NCBI GenBank assembly: GCA_036918135.1
Contig: JBALDB010000007.1
Span: 64,001 to 128,000 of the forward strand
Reading direction: 5' to 3'
From: Nostoc sp.
GTDB lineage: Bacteria; Cyanobacteriota; Cyanobacteriia; Cyanobacteriales; Nostocaceae
DNA length: 64,000 bases
The position numbers and the translations under genes are program-made. Positions 20,409 to 29,500 of the stretch are shown piece after piece; within the stretch, counting starts at the first letter, position 1; every line of letters starts with the position of its first letter. The notes under the pieces were generated by a model. That model was given only the letters and a program-made list of their open reading frames with translations. It was not told the DNA's origin and made no database searches.

Positions 20409-20747
20409 TCAACTTCCAAACTCGGTAAATTGACGTATATAAGGTTCGTGAAACGCTAAAATAATATCTTGTTTGGGTACTCCCATGTCAACCAATCGAT
20501 TAGCAATTCCTTCTTCAGTGCCATCATGTTGAATCCATATTTTTCCATCTTTAATATCAAGATGTAAAATACAGCAAAAATCGCGTTTATTTCCCCGCCA
20601 GCCAACATAAAGTAATTGATAGTGGTCTTGCTGTTCGTCAAAAATTGTTTGCACCTCATACTCTTCGGCTTTTCGTGACATCGAAGCTCACTTTTGCCGT
20701 TCCGAAAGAAGATGTCGAATATATTGCCGATATTTTTCTATAGCCAT
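20409..20747 (-). pseudogene. xisI: XisI family protein with an in-frame stop
   Basis: MAIEKYRQYIRHLLSERQK*ASMSRK...HYQLLYVGW...KIWIQHDGTEEGIA...VPKQDIILAFH; TGA at 20688-20690. Confidence 0.85.
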
Positions 20748-20868
20748 TGACGAATAACCTCCTCTTCTACATCGTAAATTATCAATCGTAATTGATATTT
20801 TGCAACTGCCGATATAATAAATTTACGTTGAAAAAAAGTTTCATAAATCGGTACGCGAACAGCTAAAT
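20738..20868 (-). pseudogene. xisH: XisH C-terminal remnant
   Basis: LAVRVPIYETFFQRKFIISAVAKYQLRLIIYDVEEEVIRQWL*, overlapping the xisI start as in intact xisHI pairs; 5' part is missing. Confidence 0.8.
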
Positions 20869-20882
20869 CCTGAATTGAATTC

Positions 20883-21374
20883 TTACATAGCCCCTAACTT
20901 ATTCAGTGCATCTTCTGTAACGCGACAAATTCGCCAATCATCTAATATAGAAGCTCCCATGCTATGGTAAAATGCTTGGGCTGATTCATTCCAATCCAAT
21001 ACGCTCCATTCTAAGCGCCCACAATTGCGTTCTAAAGCTATCTGGGCTATTTTAGTCAGGAGGGCTTTACCAATACCTTGCCTGCGATATTCTGGTAAAA
21101 CAAATAAATCTTCTAAATAAATTCCTGGCTTGGTCAGAAATGTTGAATAATTATGAAAAAATAGAGCAAAACCAACAGCTTGACCAGCAGACTCTGCTAA
21201 AATTGCCTCTATATATCTGTGCGAACCGAATAAATGTTCCTTAAGTTCCAGAGCATTGCCGCTAACAGCGTGAGATAATTTTTCATACTCAGCAAGCCCT
21301 TCAATTAATTTAAACAGTACCCTGTAATCCGCTGGCTGGGCAAAACGCACAATTAAATTGCTACTCGAAGTCAT
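20883..21374 (-). CDS. GNAT family N-acetyltransferase (SSAT-like)
   Basis: LAEYEKL, YSTFLTKPGIYLEDLFVLPEYRRQGIGKALL, RLEWSVLDWN. Confidence 0.92.
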   Translation of the reverse strand: MTSSSNLIVRFAQPADYRVLFKLIEGLAEYEKLSHAVSGNALELKEHLFGSHRYIEAILAESAGQAVGFALFFHNYSTFLTKPGIYLEDLFVLPEYRRQGIGKALLTKIAQIALERNCGRLEWSVLDWNESAQAFYHSMGASILDDWRICRVTEDALNKLGAM

Positions 21375-21416
21375 TAGTCTATAGTCTGTAGTTCATAGTC
21401 TATAGTCTATAGTCAA
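21375..21416. repeat. STRR-type heptamer tandem repeat (TAGTCTA x6, imperfect)
   Basis: tagtcta tagtctg tagttca tagtcta tagtcta tagtcaa directly before the GNAT start codon. Confidence 0.8.
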
Positions 21417-21844
21417 TTGTGCAGTTTTTTTGACCGTGCCAATTTGAGATTCTTTTGGTTAATCCGGGACTAACGTCTTGCTATGCTAATAGCTCTAATG
21501 GATAATACAAATCTCAAGTCTCAAACTTTAAATACTTCAAGTTTTATCATATTGAGCGGTGGGTAAATCCAAAATCTATTGACTAATGACTCAACAAAAG
21601 CCGAAAAAAGGTACAAAACACCCGGTTTTGCAGTTAGCGATCCCCACGCTCAAAAAACGTTTCCTTATTAGAGCTAATTAGCTCAGGTATCATACCAATT
21701 TTGAATTTTAGGTTGCATCTTTGGTATGTTGACACTACAATTTTGATTTTGGATTAAAAGTCTTTACTAAAGACTATTCCATAAATCTTAAACAATAGTA
21801 TTTATCCTAATTTAGTATTAGGTCTTACTTTTTGAATTAAACTT

Positions 21845-23017
21845 TTAGATCAACCAACCTTTTAACCGTTTGGCTATGTGGGGACGCCGTAATTTACGCA
21901 TGGCTTTACTTTGAATTTGTCGCACTCGTTCACGAGAAAGATTGAACATGTTGCCAACTTCTTCTAAAGTACAGGGTTCGCTAGTTGTTAAACCGTAGCG
22001 CAGAGAAATTACATCTTTTTCCCGTGGAGTTAATACATCACCCAATACTTCCCAAATCTCCTGACGCATCATATTTTCGTTCATTTTTGCTTCTGGAGAT
22101 AAGTTATCTTCATCTTCTAATAAATCCATCAATTCTGTGTCTTCTTCTTTACCAACGCGATGGTTAAGAGAAAGTGCTTGACGGCGTAGTTGTTGTAATT
22201 GGCGTAGTTGCTGGACACTAATTTCTAGCATTTGTGCCATTTCAGCTTCGGAAGGATTACGACACAGTTTTTGCTTGAGTTCTCGTTGTGCTTTTTTAAG
22301 TTTGTTAAGTTTTTCAACAATATGAATCGGTAGCCTAATTGTTCGCGCATCATTAGCGATAGCTCTGGTAATTGCTTGTCTAATCCACCAATAGGCGTAA
22401 GTAGAAAACTTATATCCTTTATCTGGATCGAACTTTTCTGTAGCGCGATTTAAACCCATTGCTCCTTCCTGAATTAAATCTAGGAAAGGCACTCCCCGAT
22501 TCAGATATCGCTTAGCAATAGAAACTACTAATCTTAGGTTCGAGCGAATCATTTTGCGTTTCGCTACTCTACCTTGATATAAGCGACTTTCTAATTGCTT
22601 TTCCGTCATTTCTAGCTCAGAAGCTACTTCTAGCTTGCTAGGTTCGTGTCCCAGTTTTAATTCTAAAGCAGCTTGTAATTCTCTAATTTCTTCTATAAAC
22701 TTGACTCGCCGCGCTAACTCTACCTCTTCATCAGGTTTTAGCAGCGGATAACGCGCCATTTCTTTAAAAAATGCGCCTACAGCATCATCATGTTCGGTTT
22801 TATTGTATCCCGAAGGACGAGCCGCCGCCATTTCGTCCCCGTCGCGTTCCTCTGATTCTAGATTTTCTATTACAATTGGAGCTTCTTCATCTGCTACTGC
22901 ATCTAAACTATCGAGTAATGGTTCTTCACTATCAGCAGCATTCTCCAGTATTTCCATTTTTCCTAATTCAACAATATTCATAGTTTCCTTTAGGGATTGT
23001 TGTTTTATTTGGTACAT
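21845..23017 (-). CDS. sigE: Group 2 RNA polymerase sigma factor (SigE type)
   Basis: Region 1.2 DAVGAFFKEMARYPLL (SigE-like), NLRLVVSIAKRY, GYKFSTYAYWWIRQ, SRERVRQIQ. Confidence 0.85.
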   Translation of the reverse strand: MYQIKQQSLKETMNIVELGKMEILENAADSEEPLLDSLDAVADEEAPIVIENLESEERDGDEMAAARPSGYNKTEHDDAVGAFFKEMARYPLLKPDEEVELARRVKFIEEIRELQAALELKLGHEPSKLEVASELEMTEKQLESRLYQGRVAKRKMIRSNLRLVVSIAKRYLNRGVPFLDLIQEGAMGLNRATEKFDPDKGYKFSTYAYWWIRQAITRAIANDARTIRLPIHIVEKLNKLKKAQRELKQKLCRNPSEAEMAQMLEISVQQLRQLQQLRRQALSLNHRVGKEEDTELMDLLEDEDNLSPEAKMNENMMRQEIWEVLGDVLTPREKDVISLRYGLTTSEPCTLEEVGNMFNLSRERVRQIQSKAMRKLRRPHIAKRLKGWLI

Positions 23018-23817
23018 AATTTAGTTACAGCTACTCGTTTGAGGCTTGGTAGTTTTCCCTAATGGATGAATGCACCCTTTATATAGCAAAATATAAACTT
23101 CTGCTAATTTTGATTCAGCAATAAAAATCTGTATCTACCTACCAAATATAGGTTCCGGTTAGATGTAACCTATAATTAAACTGGTTTTGACACCCAACAA
23201 AACTTCCTATCTAGACTCCCAACAGATATATTCTTCATTTTTTTCTGAATTATCAAATATGTCAAACCCCCTCAAACTTTCTCAACCTTAACAAATTTAA
23301 AAATCTCAGCTAACCATCCAGATTTCTTAAACATTCATATATTTTTCTAAATATTTTTTAATCTTTTATGTATTGGAAGTGAGTGGATAAAACGAAAAAC
23401 TGGTGGTAAGGTTATGCATTGCCGAATTTAATCTACACACATCAATATAAACTACAAGAGTGGCAGCATAAATTCGGGATGTTCTTATTTGTATAAAAGC
23501 ATCTCATAAGCATAAAGGGTTGAATATCTATCGAGAGGCGGAAAAAGGCTACTCCCTATTTAGTAGATAGAGTAACTGTTGCGATCGGATCTGTCATGGT
23601 TTTATTTGTATAGTGGGCACCAAATATTTATTGCATGTATAGTAGATACGAATTTGTCTAGTAGATTACATAAGAGGAAACTTATCAAGTATTATGAAGA
23701 ATAATAGTATTGAGAAATACCATTTAAATTTAAAAAAGCAAAAAATTAAAGTTGAGTTAGCTAGGTAAATTTTGACCAGCTACGTGAGGAAAATATTTAA
23801 CTATAAAGTTAGAAAGT

Positions 23818-26388
23818 ATGTATATTAATGACGTAAATTTATCTCCTTTAGTAGTGGCTGAGTCTAGTGAATCATACAACTCAGGTGCAACTGTTAATAG
23901 ATGGGTTGAAGTACTGGTAGACTGTCCAGGAAATATAGGACTATTTACTTATCGATTACCAGCCCAGTTAGAAATCAAACCAGGGGATATTTTGAGCGTA
24001 CCATTCGGGGCACAACAATTAGGAGCGATCGCCATTCGGTTACTGGCACAACCAAATATCGATCTAGCACCAGAAAAAATCCGGGAAGTAGAAGATATAG
24101 TCAGCGTTGGATTTTTTCCAAGTGCTTACTGGGAATTACTCAATCGAGTCGCAGCATATTACTATACACCCCTAATTCAAACGATCCGGGTTGCTCTGCC
24201 ACCAGGGTTGCTAGGGCGCTCTCAGCGTCGTATCCGCATCATTAAAAACACACAGGCACAGGAAAATAATTATTTACTTGCATCTCCCAATCCTTTAGCT
24301 TTCCTAACTCCAACTGCGCGGCAAATTTGGGAACTTTTACAAGCGCAGCCGACAGGGGACTATAGTCTCGTCTATCTTCAACAAAAAGTCAAATCTGCTT
24401 ATCGGGGAATTCGCGAGTTGTTGCGATTCGGTTTAGTAGAAAGCTATTTAGAACCGCCACGGCTGACTCGACCAAAGCTACAAAAAGCAGTAACACTCAT
24501 AGCTTCAACTGACCAAAATTTAACAACTCGCCAACGAGAGATTTTGGAAGTACTCCGACGGAGTGGTGGTGAGTTGTGGCAAAATGAACTACTACAAATT
24601 TGCAATGCTAGTTCCTCTATCCTCAAGAATTTGGCACAAAAGGGCTATATCGTCATCGAAGAACGGGAAGTATTGCGAACAGAACAAGGCCCAGCATTAG
24701 TAGGCGATGGTGCTAAATCCTTAACTGCTGCCCAAGCTAGCGCCTTAGCAACCATCCAGACACTAAATGGATTCGCTCAAGTTTTGTTGCATGGAGTGAC
24801 AGGTTCGGGAAAAACCGAAGTATATTTGCAAGCGATCGCACCTCTTTTGAAAGTCGGCAAATCTGCCTTGGTCTTAGTTCCAGAAATTGGACTCACACCG
24901 CAGCTAACTGACCGTTTTCGCGCCCGCTTTGGCAATAAAGTCAGCGTTTATCATAGCGCCCTCTCAGACGGTGAACGTTACGACACTTGGCGACAAATGC
25001 TCACAGGAGAACCCCAAGTTATAATCGGCACTCGCAGCGCTGTTTTCGCTCCTTTGCCCAACTTGGGTTTAATTATCTTAGATGAAGAACACGACAGCAG
25101 TTTTAAGCAAGACTCTCCCATCCCCACCTATCATGCCCGCACCGTCGCCCAGTGGCGAGCAGAGTTAGAAAATTGTCCCCTAATTTTAGGTTCCGCTACC
25201 CCTTCCTTGGAAAGTTGGCTGAGTGTCCGAGAGCAGGGGGTAGGCAGAGCAGGGGAAGAATTTATCACTCCTAACTCTTGTACAGACGCGATTAATCGCG
25301 TCTCTCTTTACCTCTCCCTTCCCGAACGCATCAACTCCCGCCCTCTACCGCCAGTGGAAATTGTGGATATGCGCCAAGAGTTACAGCAGGGAAATCGTTC
25401 TATATTTAGTAGATCCTTACAAGAAGCTTTGCAAGAGCTAAAACAAAGACAGCAACAAGGAATTTTATTTATCCATCGCCGGGGACACAGTACTTTTGTA
25501 TCTTGTCGTAGTTGTGGCTATGTGTTGGAATGTCCCTACTGTGATGTGTCACTGGCATATCATCACACAGAAGAGGGAGCGCCGCAATTATTGCAGTGTC
25601 ATTACTGTAACTATAGGCGATCGCATCCCAAATTCTGCCCCGATTGTAGTTCCCCTTACCTCAAATTCTTCGGTAGCGGTACTCAACGAGTGACGCAGGA
25701 ATTAGCGCGACAATTTCCACAGCTGCGCTTGATTCGTTTTGACAGCGATACCACCCGTAACAAAGGCGCACACCGTACTCTACTTACCCAGTTTGCCAAC
25801 GGCGAAGCAGATTTATTAGTAGGTACGCAAATGCTTACCAAAGGTTTAGATTTACCACAGGTGACACTTGTGGGCGTTGTCGCCGCCGATGGATTGCTAA
25901 ATTTATCAGATTATCGCGCCAGCGAACGCGCATTTCAAACCTTGACTCAAGTAGCCGGACGTGCTGGTAGAGGCGACGAGCCGGGTAGAGTGATTGTGCA
26001 GACTTATACTTCAGAACATGCGGTAATTGAAGCAGTGCGATCCCATGATTATCAGTCTTTTTCTCAAATAGAATTAGAACAGCGCCAAGCGCTTAATTAT
26101 CCCCCCTACGGACGGTTAATTTTATTGCGTTTAAGTAGTCTCGATCCGATTCAAGTGCAGAATACAGCCCAAATCATTGCTACAGCTTTAAATGCCCAAG
26201 AGGAATTAGAAATATTGGGGCCAGCACAAGCGAGTATTTTACGAGTAGCTAATCGTTATCGCTGGCAGATATTAATTAAATTTGCCCCCGATGCATTGCC
26301 ACAATTGCCAGATTGGGAAGAAGTGCGATCGCTTTGTCCGCCATCTGTTAGTTTAACAATAGATGTAGACCCATTAAATATTATGTAA
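23818..26388 (+). CDS. priA: Primosomal protein N' (replication restart helicase)
   Basis: GVTGSGKTEVY, DEEHD, GSATPS, four CxxC pairs, QVAGRAGR. Confidence 0.97.
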   Translation: MYINDVNLSPLVVAESSESYNSGATVNRWVEVLVDCPGNIGLFTYRLPAQLEIKPGDILSVPFGAQQLGAIAIRLLAQPNIDLAPEKIREVEDIVSVGFFPSAYWELLNRVAAYYYTPLIQTIRVALPPGLLGRSQRRIRIIKNTQAQENNYLLASPNPLAFLTPTARQIWELLQAQPTGDYSLVYLQQKVKSAYRGIRELLRFGLVESYLEPPRLTRPKLQKAVTLIASTDQNLTTRQREILEVLRRSGGELWQNELLQICNASSSILKNLAQKGYIVIEEREVLRTEQGPALVGDGAKSLTAAQASALATIQTLNGFAQVLLHGVTGSGKTEVYLQAIAPLLKVGKSALVLVPEIGLTPQLTDRFRARFGNKVSVYHSALSDGERYDTWRQMLTGEPQVIIGTRSAVFAPLPNLGLIILDEEHDSSFKQDSPIPTYHARTVAQWRAELENCPLILGSATPSLESWLSVREQGVGRAGEEFITPNSCTDAINRVSLYLSLPERINSRPLPPVEIVDMRQELQQGNRSIFSRSLQEALQELKQRQQQGILFIHRRGHSTFVSCRSCGYVLECPYCDVSLAYHHTEEGAPQLLQCHYCNYRRSHPKFCPDCSSPYLKFFGSGTQRVTQELARQFPQLRLIRFDSDTTRNKGAHRTLLTQFANGEADLLVGTQMLTKGLDLPQVTLVGVVAADGLLNLSDYRASERAFQTLTQVAGRAGRGDEPGRVIVQTYTSEHAVIEAVRSHDYQSFSQIELEQRQALNYPPYGRLILLRLSSLDPIQVQNTAQIIATALNAQEELEILGPAQASILRVANRYRWQILIKFAPDALPQLPDWEEVRSLCPPSVSLTIDVDPLNIM

Positions 26389-26566
26389 TTTTTTGGTTAA
26401 AAAATAGATAAACAGGGTATAGTTCAACTTCTTAGCGATAGATATTCAAGGGGATTTTTTAGCTGCTAGACGATTCATTACTTGCTCAAACAGCTTGATA
26501 AGCAGGTGTGCTGGCAAGAAGCTCTGTATGTAGAAAACTACGTGAAAAATACCAAGGCGTAAAACA

Positions 26567-29500
26567 TTAGCGATCGTCATTTATGATAGTACCGACACCT
26601 TGGCTATTAGCAAATGTAGCATTTGCCGCACCATAAAGATTAACAAAAAATGTTTCGTTAGGTTCTACTTTATTATCACCTCTAACACCAATACTGATAA
26701 CCTTACTGGTTTCACCAGCCTCGAAAATAATTGTCCCCAGCCCAAAATTGTAATCTGAGTCAGAATCTTTGGCAGTGCCATCACTCGTACTGTAATTTAC
26801 AATTATCCGTTGATAAAATTCATTGGAGAGAGTGACGACAAAATTAGCATTAGTTATCATCCCTGTAGTACCTTCATTGAGCGATACATTGGAAATACTA
26901 ATCGCGGGTGGAGGGTCATCATTGGTGATAGTAGCTACTCCCAGGCTATCAACAATTGTGGCATTTGTCGCACCCAAGAGATTGACAGAAAATGTTTCGT
27001 TGGGTTCAGGTTTGTTATCACCTATAACACCAATGCTAATAGTTTTGCTGGTTTCACCAGGGTTAAAAGTAATTGTCCCATTAGCAGGATTGTAATCAGA
27101 GTCAGAAACTTTAGCAGTGCCATCACTCGTGTTGTAATTTACACTAACCTGCTGAAAACTGGGTTGGGAGAGAGTAACAATAAAGTTAGCATTAGTTGTT
27201 GTGCCTGTGTTACCTTCAGTTACTAAGACATCTGAAATACTGATAGTTGATTGGTTGTCATCGTTGATAATCGTAGCAACTCCTAAATTATCTGCAATTG
27301 TTGCATTTGTCGCACCTAAAAGATTGACAGAAAATGTTTCGTTACTTTCATTTTGATTATCGCCTATGACACCAATGCTCAGAGTTTTACTAGTTTCCCC
27401 AGGAGCAAAAATAATTGTCCCATTAGCAGAATTATAATCAGAGTCAGAAACTTTGGCACTGCCATCACTCGTATTGTAATTTACAGTAACTTGCTGATAA
27501 CTGGGATTAGAAAGAGTGATAGTAAAGTTAGCGTTAGTTGTTGTACCTGTGTTACCTTCAATAACTGAAACATCTGAGATGCTGATAGTTGGTTGGTTGT
27601 CATCGTTAATGATGGTAGCAACTCCTAAACTATCTGCAAGTGTCGCATTTGTCGCACCCAAAAGATTGACACCAAATGTCTCATCAGCTTCAAATTTGTT
27701 ATCACCAATGACACCAATACTAATAATTTTAGTAGTTTCGCCAGGAGCGAAAATAATCGTCCCATTAGCAGAATTATAATCAGAGTCAGAAACTTTGGCA
27801 CTGCCATTACTCGTATTGTAATTGACAGTAACTTGCTGATAACTGGGATTAGAAAGAGTGATAGTAAAGTTAGCATTAGTTGTTGTGTCTGTGTTACCTT
27901 CAACAACTGAAACATCCGAGATGCTGATAGTTGGTTGGTTGTCATCGTTAATGATGGTAGCAACTCCTAAACTATCTGCAAGTGTCGCATTTGTCGCACC
28001 CAAAATATTGACACCAAATGTCTCATCAGCTTCAAATTTGTTATCACCAATGACGCCAATACTAATAACTTTACTAGTTTCACCAGGATTAAAAGTAATC
28101 GTCCCAGAAACAGAATTGTAATCCAAATCAGAAACTACAGCAGTACCATCATTTGTGTTGTAATTGACAGTAACTTGCTGATAACTAGGATTGGAGAGAG
28201 TTATAGTAAAGTTAGCATTAGTTGTCGTGCCTGTGTTGCCTTCAATAACTGAAACATCTAAGATGCTGATAGTTGGTTGGTTGTCATCGTTAATGATGGT
28301 AGCAACTCCTAAACTATCTGCAAGTGTCGCATTTGTCGCACCCAAAAGATTGACACCAAATGTCTCATCAGCTTCAAATTTGTTATCACCAATGACGCCA
28401 ATACTAATAACTTTACTAGTTTCACCAGGATTAAAAGTAATCGTCCCAGAAGCAGAATTGTAATCTGAGTCAGAAACTACAGCAGTACCATCACTTGTGT
28501 TGTAATTAACAGTAACTTGCTGATAACTGGGATTAGAGAGAGTTATAGCAAAGTTAGCATTAGTTGTAGTGCCTGTGTTGCCTTCAATAACTGAGATATC
28601 CGAAATGCTGATAGCTGGTTGAGTATCATCATTGATGATGGTAGCAACTCCTAAACTATCTGCAAGTGTCGCATTTGTCGCGCCTAAAAGATTAACAGAA
28701 AATGTCTCGTCGGTTTCAAATTTGTTATCGCTGATAACACTAATATTAAGGGTTTTGTTAGTTTCACCAGGATTAAAAGTAATCGTCCCAGAAGCAGAAT
28801 TGTAATCTGAATCAGCAACAGTAGCAGTACCATCACTTGTATTGTAATTGACAGTAACCGTCTGATAACTAGGATTGGAGAGAGTTACAATAAAATTAGC
28901 GTTAGTTGTTGTACCTGGATTGCCTTCAGTCAGTGAGACATCCGAAATACTAACAGTTGGTTGATTGTCATCGTTGGTAATGTTTACTATTGCCGAACTG
29001 TTAGTAATTGTGGAATTTTCTGGTGCAGCTGTCAGGTTTGGATTACTTAAGGTAAGAATAATATCTTCATTGGTTTCAAATATGTTGTCACCCAAAACAT
29101 CGACTGTAATTGTCTTTGTCTTTTCTCCAACAGCGAAGTTTAAAGTCCCAGATGCAGTAGTTCCTCCATTTGGAACTTGAATATTGTTATAGTCACTGCC
29201 AAAACTTGCCGCACCACTAAAAGCATAATTTATGGTACTAGCTACGCCAATACCACCACTGCGAGTAACCGTGAAAGTAACAGCTTGAGTACCACTATTA
29301 CCTTCAATTAAACTTGAGGTAGGGGTGGAAATTGCATATTGAATCGAATCATTAGCAGCAATATTTAGAGTACTTTCAGTTATTGTCCCCAAATCAGCCC
29401 CTATTAACGTGCCGAAGTTGAGTACAACTGTTTCTGCATTCTCAGGTAAATCGTCTGGGTTAATAGTAAAAGTAATTAGCTTTGTTAAATTTGAGCCTGT

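Noticed and set aside
23707..23720. GTA-N8-TAC (NtcA-like) between sigE and priA
   Set aside because: About 690 bp from sigE, and a 6-bp match is expected by chance in AT-rich DNA; nothing else supports it.
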